Shown: positions 21,558-33,339, counted from the stretch's first letter. The stretch is DNA of 64,000 bases from an uncultured Alphaproteobacteria bacterium (GCA_963731915.1 CAVSXQ010000064.1:12814-76813), one strand, 5' to 3'. Notes: a model not told the origin generated them from the letters alone. Numbers and translations: made by a program.

Positions 21558-22277
21558 CTAGCTTTCCTCGCCCTTTTCGGGCTCGGCGGCGGGCGCCAGC
21601 AGCAGTTCCAGACTATCGCCGGCTTCCAGCGCCTCCTCATCCTCGCGCAAGGCGACGTCATCGGACGGCGTCGGAACATTGAAGCCGGTCGGCAGCCGCG
21701 AATCCAGGAGCCCCGTCCCCTTCAACTCTTCGAGACCGGGCAGATCACCCAGCGCTTCCAGAGTGAACTGCGACAGGAACGCTTCGGTCGTGCCGAAGGT
21801 GAGCGGACGGCCGGGCGTCTTGCGGCGGCCGCGCGGGCGGATCCAGCCGGTCTCCAGCAGCACGTCGAGCGTGCCCTTGGAGGTGATCACGCCACGGATC
21901 TCCTCGATCTCGGCGCGGGTCACCGGCTGGTGATAGGCGATGATCGCCAGCACTTCGATCGCCGCGCGCGACAGCCGCCGCGTCTCGGTGCTCTCGCGCG
22001 TCATCAGCCACGAAAGATCGCCCGCGGTGCGGAACGTCCACTTGTTGGCGACACGAACCAGGTTGACGCCACGCGAGGCGTATTCGGCCTGCAATTGCGC
22101 CAGCGCCGCCTTGATGTCGACGCCGTCGGGCATGCGTTTTGCGAGCGCTGCCTGATCGATCGGCTCAGCGGATGCGAACAGCAGGGCTTCCAGGAGCCGC
22201 AATTCCTCGGGCCGCGCTTGCGGATCGGCTGACGTCGCTTCGTCGTCTTCCACGCGTCTCTCCGCCAGGCTTGCCAT
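21558..22277 (-). CDS. scpB: SMC-Scp complex subunit ScpB
   Basis: LEALLFAS; LSRAAIEVLAIIAYHQPVTRAEIEEIRGV; PGRPLTFGTT. Confidence 0.95.
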   Translation of the reverse strand: MASLAERRVEDDEATSADPQARPEELRLLEALLFASAEPIDQAALAKRMPDGVDIKAALAQLQAEYASRGVNLVRVANKWTFRTAGDLSWLMTRESTETRRLSRAAIEVLAIIAYHQPVTRAEIEEIRGVITSKGTLDVLLETGWIRPRGRRKTPGRPLTFGTTEAFLSQFTLEALGDLPGLEELKGTGLLDSRLPTGFNVPTPSDDVALREDEEALEAGDSLELLLAPAAEPEKGEES

Positions 22278-22300
22278 GGCTCGGTCTCCTTCTTCCAATC

Positions 22301-22394
22301 CGGGATCACTTTTCTTCGAAAAATGATCCCGTCTTATTTCTGTTTGAGCATGATCTTTTCGGAAAACCGGTACCCACTTTTCCGGATCATGCTC
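22301..22394. repeat. Compound palindromic intergenic repeat
   Basis: cgggatca...tgatcccg hairpin followed by gagcatgatc...ggaaaaccggtacccacttttccggatcatgctc; a degenerate relative lies at 49761-49815. Confidence 0.75.
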
Positions 22395-22421
22395 TACTCG
22401 ACCGAAAGATCCGGCGCGGCG

Positions 22422-23213
22422 TTATGCATGTGCCGGACGTTTGCGGAAATACAGCGGCGCGAATGCCGCTTTCTGGTTCAGTTCCATCTGGCCTTCGCGC
22501 ACCAGTTCCAGCGCGGCGGCAAAGCTCGACGCAAACACGGTCGCCTTCTGCGAGGGATCGGCGACGTATTGCAGCAAAAATTCATCGAGGCAGCTCCAGT
22601 CCTCGGCGATGCCGATCAGCCGCTCCAGCGAGGCGCGCGCTTCGGTCAGCGACCACACCGTGCGCTTCTGAAGGTGCACGGAGGCCAGCACGCGCTGCTG
22701 GCGCTGCGCGGCATAGGCCGTGAGCAGATCAAACAGCGTTGCGGTGTATTTCGGATGACGGATTTCGGCGATCGATTCCGGATTTCCGCGCGCAAAGATA
22801 TCGCGCTGGAATTGCGGGCGGTTCATCAGCCGGTTTGCAGCTTCGCGGATCGCTTCGAGCCGCCGCAGCCGGTTGGCAAGCGCGGTGGCCATTTCCTCGG
22901 CGCTTGGGCCGTCCGGCGTTGCAGGCTCAGGCAACAGCAGGCGCGATTTCAGGAAGGCGAGCCAGGCCGCCATGACCAGATAATCGGCGGCCAGCTCGAG
23001 CCGGATTTTTCGCGCCGCTTCGATGAAGACGAGATACTGGTCTGCCAGCGCCAGGATCGAAATTTTTGCGAGGTCGACCTTCTGCTGCCGCGCCAGCGTC
23101 AGCAACAGATCGAGCGGGCCCTCATAGCCCTCGACGTCGACGACCAGCGCCGGTTCGCCGTCCGCGATCTCGGCCGGCCGCCCGGTTTCAAACGACAGAA
23201 TTTCCGCGGTCAT
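22422..23213 (-). CDS. scpA: Segregation/condensation protein ScpA
   Basis: YEGPLDLLL; AADYLVMAAWLAFLKSRLLLP; FAAALELVREG. Confidence 0.95.
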   Translation of the reverse strand: MTAEILSFETGRPAEIADGEPALVVDVEGYEGPLDLLLTLARQQKVDLAKISILALADQYLVFIEAARKIRLELAADYLVMAAWLAFLKSRLLLPEPATPDGPSAEEMATALANRLRRLEAIREAANRLMNRPQFQRDIFARGNPESIAEIRHPKYTATLFDLLTAYAAQRQQRVLASVHLQKRTVWSLTEARASLERLIGIAEDWSCLDEFLLQYVADPSQKATVFASSFAAALELVREGQMELNQKAAFAPLYFRKRPAHA

Positions 23214-24238
23214 GCGCTCGCCATCCCTGCCCGTTCAATCAACGCATCCAGCTCAAGGCGCGCCGCCTGCCGGTCGAATGGCTCAGGCGGCTTGCGCGAC
23301 GCCAAGGCCCGGTTCGCCCGTTCCAGTGCTTGACCGGACAGCATTGGCGTCTGGCGCGCGACCTCGCGCATCTCATCGAGCTTGCCGTTGCAATGCAGGA
23401 CCATGTCGCAGCCGGCATCGACGACGGCCCGCGTCCGCTCAGCGATCGATCCCGCCAACGCGTTCATGGAAACATCATCACTCATCAACAAACCCTGGAA
23501 CCCGATCACGCCGCGAATCACCTGTTCGATCATTGTCGCAGAAGTCGTCGCCGGTTGGGCGGGGTCGATCGCGGAAAACACAACATGTGCGGTCATCGCC
23601 ATCGGCAGGTCCGCAAGCGGTTGAAAAGCGGCGAAATCGGTCCTTTCCAGCTCGTTTCGCCCGATCTCGACCGTCGGCAGTTTGAAATGACTGTCAGCCG
23701 TGGCCCTTCCATGGCCGGGGATGTGCTTCAGAACGGGCAGAACGCCGCCCTGTTCCAGCCCCTCGGTCACCGCACGGGCGATCGCCGCGACCTTGCCCGG
23801 CTCGGTTCCATAGGCCCGGTTGCCGATCACGGCATCGGCGTCGGCGACCGGGACGTCCGCCAGCGGCAGGCAGTCCACGTCGATTCCGAGGTCGATCAGA
23901 TCGGCCGCGATCAGCCGCGAACTCAACCGGGCCGCCTTGAGGCCCAGTGCCCGATCGATGTCGTAAAGCGCGCTGAACACGGCCCCGGGTGGATAGATCG
24001 GCCAATGCGGCGGGCCGAGCCGTTGCACCCGGCCGCCCTCCTGGTCGATCAGGACCGGGGCATCCGAATTTTCACCAGTATTCCGCAATTCGCCAACAAG
24101 CCGAGTAACTTGCGCCGGCGTACCGACGTTGCGCTTGAATAGGATGAAGCCCCACGGCTGTTCGGCGCGGATAAATTCGCGCTCGGAATCGGTCAGTTCA
24201 AGTCCGGATACGCCCGTAATGAATGCGCGGCTGTTCAT
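23210..24238 (-). CDS. nagZ: Beta-N-acetylhexosaminidase (GH3)
   Basis: IDQEGGRVQR; KHIPGHGRATADSH; SDDVSM. Confidence 0.95.
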   Translation of the reverse strand: MNSRAFITGVSGLELTDSEREFIRAEQPWGFILFKRNVGTPAQVTRLVGELRNTGENSDAPVLIDQEGGRVQRLGPPHWPIYPPGAVFSALYDIDRALGLKAARLSSRLIAADLIDLGIDVDCLPLADVPVADADAVIGNRAYGTEPGKVAAIARAVTEGLEQGGVLPVLKHIPGHGRATADSHFKLPTVEIGRNELERTDFAAFQPLADLPMAMTAHVVFSAIDPAQPATTSATMIEQVIRGVIGFQGLLMSDDVSMNALAGSIAERTRAVVDAGCDMVLHCNGKLDEMREVARQTPMLSGQALERANRALASRKPPEPFDRQAARLELDALIERAGMASA

Positions 24239-24284
24239 GGGGCCGATTAGCCCCCGCAGCCCTCAGGCGTCAAGGAAACGGCGG

Positions 24285-25795
24285 CTAATTGCTTTGGACG
24301 ACGCACTGCCCGCCGGCGGTTTTCAGATTGCCGCAGAATTGCGTGGCTTCGTCACGGGATCCGAACGGGCCGACCATGGCGCGGTAATAGACGCCCTTTT
24401 CGCCCAAATCAGCACGCTTGATCAGCGGCGCCCGGGAGCCGAGCACAGCCGGGAACTTGCCCTGCAACGCCTTGTAGGAGGCCTGGGCGTCCGCCTCGTT
24501 CTTCTGCGACGAGACCTGGACGACGTAGCCACCGCCATTACTGCTGGCGGCAGGCGCGGCCGTATTGACCGCGGCTACCCGGGCCGGAGGCTCGGCGGCG
24601 GCCGGTGGTGATCCCTGCGGCGACAGCGAGAGCGGCGCATTGGCGCTGGCGTTGGCCGACGATGGGCTACGCGGTGCGGCCGCAGGCGGCGGCGCTGCTG
24701 GGGTCTCGGGCGGGCGGCTTGGGCCGCGGACCGTGCCGGCGGCGGAGCGGCATTGGCCGGCACACCGGCGTCGGCGTTCTCACCCTTGACCGAGAGCGTT
24801 CTGATCCGGCGCGGCTCGTTGTTCGACAGTGTGCCGTTCGCAGCCCCTGTGGGCGGCGCGCCAGGCGCGACGCTCGCCGCAGTCGGCGGATTGGCGTTCT
24901 GGTTCAGCGGCGGAAACACCACGCGCGGTCCGGAGCGCGCATTGACGTCGACGGGAGTTTCCTCGCGCGGCACCAGCTTCTCGGTACCGTCTCCGATCGC
25001 CATGCGATCCGGCGCCTTGGCCGCACTTTCGCCCGCGGCCGGCACGACCTTGGTCGGGCTGTTATCGGCCTTGATGATCGGCGGTTCACCGCTGCGCGGC
25101 GAGCCGACGAAATTGCGATAGGCAAACGCGCCACCCGTGCCGAGCACGGCGAGCGCAAGAACGGCGACCACGGTGAACAGCCCGCCACGCTTGCGAGGCT
25201 CCTCCGGCTCTTCCTCATAGGCATTCTGGTAGGCGTAGGGATCGTCCGGATAGGCCGGATCGCGCTGATAGTCCTGTCCAGCCTCGATCTGGCCGTACAG
25301 CGCATCGTCGTAGCGTGACGGATCCTGCTGCTGTCCGGGCTCCGCGTAGTGCTGCTCGTCCTGATACTGCGGCTGCTCGTATTGCGGCTGCTGATACTGC
25401 GGTTGCTGATATTGCGGCTCGTGCGCGGCATGCTGCGCTGCGTAGCGATGCAACGGATGCACCGGGCTCGGCTGGTATTCCGGCTCCTCGTAATATTCCT
25501 CCTGCGGCGGCGGCGGAGGTGCCGCTTCCTGCCGGTGTGAGCGCTGCATCCACGGCGGCGGACCTGCGGCAGGCTCTTCGTCGACTTCGGCAGGCGGCTG
25601 ATATTGCTGGGTGCGTTCGGCATGCGGCTGAACTTTTGCGTTGGCGCGGCCCATCGCAAACGGATCGGTCTGCCCGATCAGCCTCGCCAGTTCAGCCAGC
25701 GGATCGCTCTCGGTCCGGTTGGCCGCATGCGGATCGCTGCCGCGGCCATACTCGTCATGGGCGGGATAAGGTCGGTCCTGATATCGATCAGCCAT
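24285..25795 (-). CDS. SPOR-domain cell division protein (FtsN-like); frameshift near 24720
   Basis: Long acidic N-terminus and one TM segment. The C-terminal SPOR domain (YVVQVSSQKNEADA...YYRAMVGPF...C..LK..GGQC) is in a shifted frame. Confidence 0.85.
25361..25420. repeat. 4 x 15-bp tandem repeat encoding (Q/E)PQY(Q/E) within the SPOR protein
   Basis: ctgatactgcggctg / ctcgtattgcggctg / ctgatactgcggttg / ctgatattgcggctc. Confidence 0.85.
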
Positions 25796-25901
25796 CGTAA
25801 CGATGCATCCCCTTCAGCAAGGAGCCAAGTCGTACGACAAACGAATTGCCACCTGCCATATGCCGCGTCACATCCCCATGTGCGCAGCCTTCACCCCTAG
25901 C

Positions 25902-27698
25902 CTACCGCATCTCGGTTGGAGCGTGGACGCCGAGAACGGCCAATCCGGATGCCAGAACCGAGACGACGCCCTGGACCATCGCCAGTCGCGCCTTCGTGAT
26001 CTCTGCATGATCATTGATAATGAAGCGTAAATGGGGCAAATCGCGGCCCTTTGTCCAAAGTGCATGAAATTCGCTGGCTAAATCATACAGATAAAACGCG
26101 ATTCGGTGTGGCTCGTGTGCGATGGCGGCCGCTTCGACCGTCCGCGGAAAAAGTGCCAATCGCTTGAGCAGGTCAAGTTCCGCGGGGTCCGTCAGCTTCT
26201 CGACCGGTGCGCCGGCCAGATAGGCCGACCGGGCGCGGTCATCCTCCGGCAGGTCAGGGATCGTCTCCCGGGCGTTCTTGAAGATCGAATGGCCGCGGGC
26301 GTGGCCATACTGGACGTAGAATACCGGGTTGTCCTTGGACTGCTCCAGCACCTTGGCGAGGTCGAAATCGAGCACCGCATCGTTCTTGCGGAACAGCATC
26401 ATGAAGCGCACGGCATCCGAACCGACCTCTTCGACCACCTCCCGCAAGGTGACGAAATCGCCGGAGCGCTTTGACATCTTCACCGGCTCGCCGTTGCGCA
26501 AGAGGCGAACGAGCTGCACGACCTTCACGTCAAGCGTGGCCTTGCCCGAGGTGACGGCTTTGACTGCCGCCTGCATCCGCTTGATGTAGCCGCCATGGTC
26601 GGCGCCGAACACGTCGATCAGATTACCGAACCCGCGATCGAACTTGTTCTTGTGGTTGGCGATGTCGGAAGCAAAATAGGTGTAGGAGCCGTCCGACTTG
26701 ATCAGCGGACGGTCAACGTCGTCGCCATAGGCGGTGGCGCGGAACAGCAACTGCTCGCGGTCCTCGTAATCCTCGACCGGCGCCCCGCCCTTCGGCGGCG
26801 GCAGGCGTCCCTCGTAAATGTCGCCCTTGTTGCGCAGGAAATCGATGGTTTCGGCGACCTTGTTGTTGCGGGTCTCGATCAGCGAACGCTCGGAGAAGAA
26901 CACGTCGTGCTTGATGTGGAGGGCTGCGAGATCGCCCTTGATCTCGTCCATCATCATGGCGATGGCCTTGTCGCGAACGATCGGCAGCCAGGCGCCCTCG
27001 CTCATTGCCCTGAGCTTGTCGCCGTATTCTTTCGCCAGCGCTTCGCCGACCGGCTTCAGATAGTCGCCGGGATAAAGCCCTTCCGGGATGGCACCGATGT
27101 CTTCGCCGAGCGCCTCGCGGTAGCGCAGGAACGCCGAGCGCGCGAGCACGTCGACCTGGGCGCCGGCGTCGTTGATGTAGTATTCCCGGGTGACGTCGAA
27201 GTTCGCGAACTGCAGCAGACTGCACAGGGCATCGCCGAACACCGCACCACGACAATGGCCGACATGCATCGGGCCCGTCGGATTAGCCGAGACATATTCG
27301 ACATTGACCTTTTCCGAGGCGCCGACCGCGCTTTTTCCGTAGGTCTCTCCCTCGCGCAGCACCGTGCGCAATTCCTCGGTCCAGACCGACGGCTTGAGCG
27401 TGAGATTGATAAAGCCGGGACCGGCGACATCAACTGACGTAATGAGGTCATCGGCGCGCAGCTTTTCCGCGATCGCCTCGGCGAGATCGCGCGGCTTGGC
27501 CCTGGCTTCCTTGGCAAGCACCATCGCGGCATTGGTCGCCATGTCGCCATGCGCGGCATCGCGCGGCGGCTCGACCACGACGCGCGAAAAATCCGTCCCC
27601 GCGGGCCAATTGCCCTCGCTGGCAAGCGCCGCGCAGACGGCGTGGACGCGCGCCAAAACGGCGGCAAAAAGATGCTGTGACGGGGGTTTGTCGGCCAT
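25902..27698 (-). CDS. argS: Arginine--tRNA ligase
   Basis: [12 protein letters not shown] (HIGH motif); [26 protein letters not shown]. Confidence 0.98.
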   Translation of the reverse strand: MADKPPSQHLFAAVLARVHAVCAALASEGNWPAGTDFSRVVVEPPRDAAHGDMATNAAMVLAKEARAKPRDLAEAIAEKLRADDLITSVDVAGPGFINLTLKPSVWTEELRTVLREGETYGKSAVGASEKVNVEYVSANPTGPMHVGHCRGAVFGDALCSLLQFANFDVTREYYINDAGAQVDVLARSAFLRYREALGEDIGAIPEGLYPGDYLKPVGEALAKEYGDKLRAMSEGAWLPIVRDKAIAMMMDEIKGDLAALHIKHDVFFSERSLIETRNNKVAETIDFLRNKGDIYEGRLPPPKGGAPVEDYEDREQLLFRATAYGDDVDRPLIKSDGSYTYFASDIANHKNKFDRGFGNLIDVFGADHGGYIKRMQAAVKAVTSGKATLDVKVVQLVRLLRNGEPVKMSKRSGDFVTLREVVEEVGSDAVRFMMLFRKNDAVLDFDLAKVLEQSKDNPVFYVQYGHARGHSIFKNARETIPDLPEDDRARSAYLAGAPVEKLTDPAELDLLKRLALFPRTVEAAAIAHEPHRIAFYLYDLASEFHALWTKGRDLPHLRFIINDHAEITKARLAMVQGVVSVLASGLAVLGVHAPTEMR

Positions 27699-27708
27699 GG
27701 GCCGCCGC

Positions 27709-28917
27709 CTAACGCAAATCCGGGGTCGAGTCAAAAAGCCTTTGATGCTCGGTCAGCGCAAAGCGGTCGGTCATCCCGGCGATGAAATTGCCGATCCGCC
27801 TGACACGCTCGGCCTCGGTTTCGCCGACGGTGCCCTCCAGCCATTCCGAGGGCAGATCTTCAGGCGATTTCCGGTAGCGCGCGAACAGGTCGGCGACGAT
27901 CGCTTCGGCCTCGCCCATCACCCGCATCACCCGCTTGTGGCGGTACATGTGCTGGTAGAGGAACGCCTTGATCCCGGCCTCCACCTCGGCGACGCCGGCG
28001 GGAAAGGCGATCATCGGCCGGTCGAGGTTTCGGATATCGTGGACCGATTGCGGCTGCGCGGCACTCAGGCGCTTCTCGGCCTCGTCCATCACAGCCCCGA
28101 TCAGATAGGAGATCAGTTCGCGTACCAGTTCCGCGCCGCGCCTGACGTCGTCGAGCCCGGGATAGTGCTTTTCGATTTCACCGGTGATTTCGGCGATCAG
28201 CGGGATCGCCTTCAGGTCGTCGACCGCAAATAGCCCAGCGCGCAGGCCGTCATCGATATCGTGGGCGTCATAGGCGATGTCGTCCGCAATCGCCGCGACC
28301 TGCGCCTCCAGCGAGGCAAAACTCCAGAGCTCCAGACCATAGGCCGTGTCGTAGCCGGAGATGCCGACGGGGATGCCCTGCTCGCGATATTTTCCGACCG
28401 GCGCGCCGCCCCGTTCGGTCAGCGGACCGTTATGCTTGACGATGCCCTCCAGCGATTCCCAGGTCAGGTTGAGCCCGTCGAAATCGGGGTAGCGATGTTC
28501 CAGCGAGGTGACGACGCGCAGCGTCTGGGCGTTGTGGTCGAACCCGCCATGCGCCTTCAGGCAGGCATCGAGCGCCCGCTCGCCGGCATGACCAAACGGG
28601 GGGTGACCGAGGTCATGCGCCAGCGCCAGCGTCTCGGTGAGGTCTTCGTCCAGCCCGAGCTGGCGGGCGAGCGCACGGGCGATCTGGGCCACTTCCAGCG
28701 AATGGGTCAGCCGGGTGCGGTAATGATCGCCCTCATGGAACACGAAGACCTGAGTCTTGTGCTTCAGCCGCCGAAATGCCGTGGAATGGATCACCCGGTC
28801 GCAATCCCGGCGGAACGGGCTGCGGGTCTTGCTCGGCGGCTCCGGAAACAGCCGGCCGCGGCTGTGATCGGGGTCGCAGGCATAGGTCGCGCGGGGGGCA
28901 GCCATTCCGACCGACAC
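27709..28917 (-). CDS. dgt: Deoxyguanosinetriphosphate triphosphohydrolase-like protein
   Basis: [46 protein letters not shown]. Confidence 0.95.
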   Translation of the reverse strand: MSVGMAAPRATYACDPDHSRGRLFPEPPSKTRSPFRRDCDRVIHSTAFRRLKHKTQVFVFHEGDHYRTRLTHSLEVAQIARALARQLGLDEDLTETLALAHDLGHPPFGHAGERALDACLKAHGGFDHNAQTLRVVTSLEHRYPDFDGLNLTWESLEGIVKHNGPLTERGGAPVGKYREQGIPVGISGYDTAYGLELWSFASLEAQVAAIADDIAYDAHDIDDGLRAGLFAVDDLKAIPLIAEITGEIEKHYPGLDDVRRGAELVRELISYLIGAVMDEAEKRLSAAQPQSVHDIRNLDRPMIAFPAGVAEVEAGIKAFLYQHMYRHKRVMRVMGEAEAIVADLFARYRKSPEDLPSEWLEGTVGETEAERVRRIGNFIAGMTDRFALTEHQRLFDSTPDLR

Positions 28918-29035
28918 GGCAATTTAATCCTTATCCATTTGATTCCGTTGGCCGGCGCACTTAACTATGGTGACACGCGCGATACCAAATGAATTGGGTA
29001 TGACGCCGTTGGGCCGGATGCCCGGAGACCAGGTC

Positions 29036-29365
29036 ATGAGCACTGCAATCACCGTCAGCGAGCGGGCCGCCCGCCGCATCGGCCAAATCCTCAAGGGCGA
29101 AGGCGACGGCGCCATGCTGCGCATCAGCGTCGAGGGCGGCGGCTGCTCCGGCTTCCAGTACAAATTCGACGTCGAGCACAACAAGGCCGAGGACGATCTG
29201 GTGATCGCCAATGACGGCGCGGTGGTGCTGGTCGATCCGGCCTCGGTGCCTTTCCTGGCGGGCTCAGAGCTCGATTTCGTCGACGACCTGATCGGCGCCT
29301 CGTTCCGGGTCGTCAACCCGAATGCGACGGCGTCCTGCGGCTGCGGCACGAGCTTTTCGATTTAA
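29036..29365 (+). CDS. erpA: Iron-sulfur cluster insertion protein ErpA
   Basis: GGGCSGFQY; NPNATASCGCGTSF. Confidence 0.93.
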   Translation: MSTAITVSERAARRIGQILKGEGDGAMLRISVEGGGCSGFQYKFDVEHNKAEDDLVIANDGAVVLVDPASVPFLAGSELDFVDDLIGASFRVVNPNATASCGCGTSFSI

Positions 29366-29371
29366 GCCAAT

Positions 29372-30208
29372 TCAGCGCTTGTCGGCGAACAGCGCTTTTG
29401 CGTTGCCGTTGGCGATCTGCGCCGCGATCTTTGGCGGCAATTGCTCCAGCCAGGCGCGGTAGCCGGCCATGATATCGCCGTAGCTCGCCCAGCGTTCGGG
29501 CACCCAGGTGTCCGAGCCAAGCAGGAAGCGATCCGGGTATTTTTCGAACAGGCCGCGCCATTCCGCGGTCAGCTTCCCCGAGCCATCGACGATGCCGCTG
29601 CGGTAGGACAGTTCACCCCACAGCTTTGGATATTTCGTCAGCATCGCGGCTACACGATCCGTCGATAGCCCAAAGCCGGTATGCGCCCAGATGATCTGCG
29701 CCTTCGGATTATGGCGCATCAGGATCTCGATCGCCTCGTCGTCGGAATGGGCGTGCAAATAGAGATTATTGGCAACCGCGAAGTCGACGGTCTTCTTTAC
29801 CCATTCGTTCTCGGCCGACTTGCCGTGCAGATGAAATTCGCCGATGCCGCGGTAGTAGCCGCGCTTGAACTCGTCCTGCACGAGGTCGAAGATGACGGGA
29901 TCGCCGAACCAGCTCTGGATATCGGCGCGGACGCGATACGGCCGGATGAACGGCACGACCCACAGGCCTTGCGCCTTGGCATCGACAAGCGCGTGCGTCC
30001 CGGTGTTGGGACGGCTGGTCGCGAGGATGCCGGTGACGCGGTGCTTTTTGAAAAGCGCCAGCACCTCGTCAGGCTGGTAATACGGCTTCGGCTCCCAATT
30101 GTAGTGCAGATGGGCGTCGAAAATTTCGATCGGCTCGGCCGCGCGCGCCGGCATGGCCGCAAACAGCGCTAGTGCGGCCGCGATGCGGATTGCCCGGCCG
30201 GTGTGCAT
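29372..30208 (-). CDS. Secreted amidohydrolase-superfamily (TIM barrel) protein
   Basis: Signal peptide ending ARA|A; DAHLH; GIGEFH; WAHTG; LGSDT. Confidence 0.85.
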   Translation of the reverse strand: MHTGRAIRIAAALALFAAMPARAAEPIEIFDAHLHYNWEPKPYYQPDEVLALFKKHRVTGILATSRPNTGTHALVDAKAQGLWVVPFIRPYRVRADIQSWFGDPVIFDLVQDEFKRGYYRGIGEFHLHGKSAENEWVKKTVDFAVANNLYLHAHSDDEAIEILMRHNPKAQIIWAHTGFGLSTDRVAAMLTKYPKLWGELSYRSGIVDGSGKLTAEWRGLFEKYPDRFLLGSDTWVPERWASYGDIMAGYRAWLEQLPPKIAAQIANGNAKALFADKR

Positions 30209-33200
30209 TATTCGGCCGCGACCACGTGCGGGGGTTTGGCATCGCCGAGGTCTTCGGCCTGCGGTTCGAGGCGACGGCGCAGCCGACGGTCGATGCGGTC
30301 GAGATAGATGTAGACCACGGGCGTGATGAACAGCGTCAGCACCTGCGAGAGCACCAGGCCGCCGACGACGGCAACGCCGAGCGGCTGTCGCAATTCAGCG
30401 CCCGCGCCGGCCCCGATCGCAATCGGCAGCGTGCCGAAGATCGCGGCAAAGGTCGTCATCATGATCGGGCGGAAGCGCAGCAGCGCCGCCTCGCGAATGG
30501 CGTGTTCGGCCGACAGCCCGACGCGGCGCCGCTCCAGCGCGAAGTCGACCATCATGATGGCGTTCTTCTTGACGATGCCGACCAGCATCACGATGCCGAT
30601 CATCGCGATGACGGACATTTCCATATTGAACAGCATCAAGGTCAGGATCGCGCCGATACCGGCCGACGGCAGTCCCGAGATGATCGTGATCGGGTGGATA
30701 AAACTCTCGTAGAGGATGCCGAGGATCACGAACGCCGCGAATACCGCGGCGAGGATCAGCACGCCCTGCCCGCGCAGCGAATCCTGGAACACCTGCGCCG
30801 TGCCGGAGAAGCCGGTCGCGATCGTCACCGGCAGGTTCGAAGCCTGCTCCAGCGCGGTGATCTGATCGACCGCATGCCCCAGCGAATAGCCCGGCGCGAG
30901 ATTGAACGAGATCGTCACCGCGGGCTGTTGGCCCTGGTGGTTGATCTGCAGCGGTCCGACCGTCGGCACCAGCTTGGCCACCGCATCCAGCGGGATGGTC
31001 TGGCCATTCGCGGTCTTCATGTAGAGCTTGGACAGGTCGGATGGGTCGACCCGGAACCGCGGCTGCGCCTCCAGAATGATCTGGTAATCGTTCGACGGCA
31101 TGTAGATGGTGCCGACCTGTCGCGTGCCAAAGGCGTTATAGAGCTGGTTGCGGACCTGATCGACGCTGACGCCGTAGACCGCAGCCTTCTCGCGGTCGAT
31201 GTCGACCGTCATCTGCGGGTTCTTGATGTAGAGATCGGTGGTGACGTCGAGCAGGCCCGGGATCTTCTCGATCTTGTCGCGCATTTCCGGCGCCGTGCGG
31301 TAGAGCGACTCGGTATCGCCGCTCTGCATCACATATTGATACTGGCTCTTCGAAATCCGGCCGCCGATGTTGAGGTTCTGGATGGGCTGGAAAAACGCCT
31401 GCATGCCCGGAACCTGGCGCGCCTTGGCTCGAAGCCGTCCGACAATCGTATTGAGGTTATCGCGCTCCTTTTTCGGTTTCAGCGCGATGAACAAGCGGCC
31501 GTAATTCGCGGTCGGGTTCGGCCCGCCCGAACCGACGGTGGAGTTGATGTAGTCGATCGCCGGATCGGACTTCAGCACGTCGACCAACGCCCGTTGCCGC
31601 TCCGACATCGCCTCGAAGGAGGTGTCGGTGGCGGCCTCGGTCACGCCGATCAGGAAGCCCGTATCTTCCTGCGGGAAAAAGCCCTTCGGCACGATCATGT
31701 AGAGATAGACGGTACCGCCCAGGGTCGCCAGCGTCACGAGCAGCATCAGCGCCTTGCGGGCGAGCACCCAGTCCAGCGTCCACTCGTACGCCCGGAGCCA
31801 GGAGTCGAACATGCGCTCGAAAAGGCGCAACACGATATTCGGCCGCTTGGTCTCGTCATGCGCCTTCAGGACGCGCGCGCACAGCATCGGCGTCAGCGTC
31901 AGCGACACGAAACCGGACACCACGATCGCGACCGAGACCGTTACCGCGAATTCACGGAACACACGGCCGACGATGCCGCCCATCAGCAGCACCGGGATGA
32001 AAACGGCGATCAGCGAGAAGGTGATCGAGATGATGGTGAAACCGATCTCGCGCGCGCCCTTCAGGGCCGCCTCGAAGGGCCGCATGCCGTGCTCGATATG
32101 ACGCACGATGTTTTCCAGCATGACGATGGCGTCGTCGACCACGAACCCGACCGACAAGGTCAGCGCCAGCAGCGTCATGTTGTTGATGGAATAATCCAGC
32201 GCGTACATCACCGCGCAGGTTCCAAGCAGCGAGATCGGAACAGCGAGCGCCGGAATGAAGGTGGCGGAAGCCGAGCGCAGGAACAGGAAGATCACGAGGA
32301 TCACGAGGGAAATCGCGATCAGCAGGGTTTCCTCGACGTCGGCCACCGCCTGACGGATCGAGATCGAGCGGTCCATCAGCACACTGATCGCGACCGAGGG
32401 CGGGATTTGCGCCCGCAGCACCGGGAGCTTTGCCAGGATGGAATCGACCACCGCCACCGTGTTGGCGTCCGGCTGCTTCTGGATGCCGAGCACGATCGAG
32501 CGGGCGTCGTTGAGCCAGCTCGCGATCTTGTCGTTCTCGACGCTGTCGTAGATCTGCGCGACTTCCTCGAGCCTGACCTGCGAGCCGCTGACCGACTTGA
32601 CGACGATCCGCTTGTAGTCCGCCGCCTTGTCCATCTGGCCCGAGGCCTGCAGCGCCACGTCCTGCTTCGGCCCGTTCAGCGTACCGACCGGGGTCGACGA
32701 GTTCGCGTTCGACACGGCGTTGCGGATGTCATCGAGCGACAGCCCCCGCGCCGCGGCGGCTTCCGGATCGGCCTGGACGCGGATGGCGAATTTCTGGGCG
32801 CCATAGACGCTGACCTGCGCGACGCCCGGAAGCTGCGACAATGTCTGACCGATGGTGATGTCGCCATATTCGTTGACGGTCGAAAGCGGCAGCGTTGCCG
32901 AGTTGAGCACGACGAACAGCACCGGAAAGTCCGCAGGATTTACCTTGCGGAAGCTCGGCGGAATCTTCATCTCGATCGGCAGCCGGCGCTGCGCGATGGT
33001 CAGCGCGGTCTGCACGTCGAGCGCGGCGGCGTCGATATTGCGGTTGAGGTCGAACTGGATGGTGATGACGCTGGTGCCCTGCGACGAACTCGACGTCATC
33101 GAGGAGATGCCGGCGACGGTCGAAAGCTGGCGCTCGATGATGCCGGCGACGGAGGCCGCCATGGTATCGGCGCTTGCGCCCGGCAAGGTCGCGGTCACCG

Positions 33201-33336
33201 CGATGGTCGGGAAATCGACCCGCGGCAGCGCCGAGACCGGCAGCAGGCGGAACCCGAATACGCCGAACGCGATGATCGACGCCGTGATCAGCGTCGTCAT
33301 GACCGGGCGGCGGATGCAGAGTTCGGAGAGCGTCAT
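30208..33336 (-). CDS. RND efflux permease (MdtB/MdtC-like)
   Basis: IRRPVMT; LPVSALPRVDFPTI; GFVVDDAIVMLEN; GIVKKNAIMMVDFA; RFRPIMMT. Confidence 0.95.
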   Translation of the reverse strand: MTLSELCIRRPVMTTLITASIIAFGVFGFRLLPVSALPRVDFPTIAVTATLPGASADTMAASVAGIIERQLSTVAGISSMTSSSSQGTSVITIQFDLNRNIDAAALDVQTALTIAQRRLPIEMKIPPSFRKVNPADFPVLFVVLNSATLPLSTVNEYGDITIGQTLSQLPGVAQVSVYGAQKFAIRVQADPEAAAARGLSLDDIRNAVSNANSSTPVGTLNGPKQDVALQASGQMDKAADYKRIVVKSVSGSQVRLEEVAQIYDSVENDKIASWLNDARSIVLGIQKQPDANTVAVVDSILAKLPVLRAQIPPSVAISVLMDRSISIRQAVADVEETLLIAISLVILVIFLFLRSASATFIPALAVPISLLGTCAVMYALDYSINNMTLLALTLSVGFVVDDAIVMLENIVRHIEHGMRPFEAALKGAREIGFTIISITFSLIAVFIPVLLMGGIVGRVFREFAVTVSVAIVVSGFVSLTLTPMLCARVLKAHDETKRPNIVLRLFERMFDSWLRAYEWTLDWVLARKALMLLVTLATLGGTVYLYMIVPKGFFPQEDTGFLIGVTEAATDTSFEAMSERQRALVDVLKSDPAIDYINSTVGSGGPNPTANYGRLFIALKPKKERDNLNTIVGRLRAKARQVPGMQAFFQPIQNLNIGGRISKSQYQYVMQSGDTESLYRTAPEMRDKIEKIPGLLDVTTDLYIKNPQMTVDIDREKAAVYGVSVDQVRNQLYNAFGTRQVGTIYMPSNDYQIILEAQPRFRVDPSDLSKLYMKTANGQTIPLDAVAKLVPTVGPLQINHQGQQPAVTISFNLAPGYSLGHAVDQITALEQASNLPVTIATGFSGTAQVFQDSLRGQGVLILAAVFAAFVILGILYESFIHPITIISGLPSAGIGAILTLMLFNMEMSVIAMIGIVMLVGIVKKNAIMMVDFALERRRVGLSAEHAIREAALLRFRPIMMTTFAAIFGTLPIAIGAGAGAELRQPLGVAVVGGLVLSQVLTLFITPVVYIYLDRIDRRLRRRLEPQAEDLGDAKPPHVVAAE

Positions 33337-33339
33337 CGG

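Noticed and set aside
27709..28917. dGTPase as an anti-phage defence gene
   Set aside because: It lies in the conserved erpA-dgt-argS housekeeping context, with no defence genes nearby.
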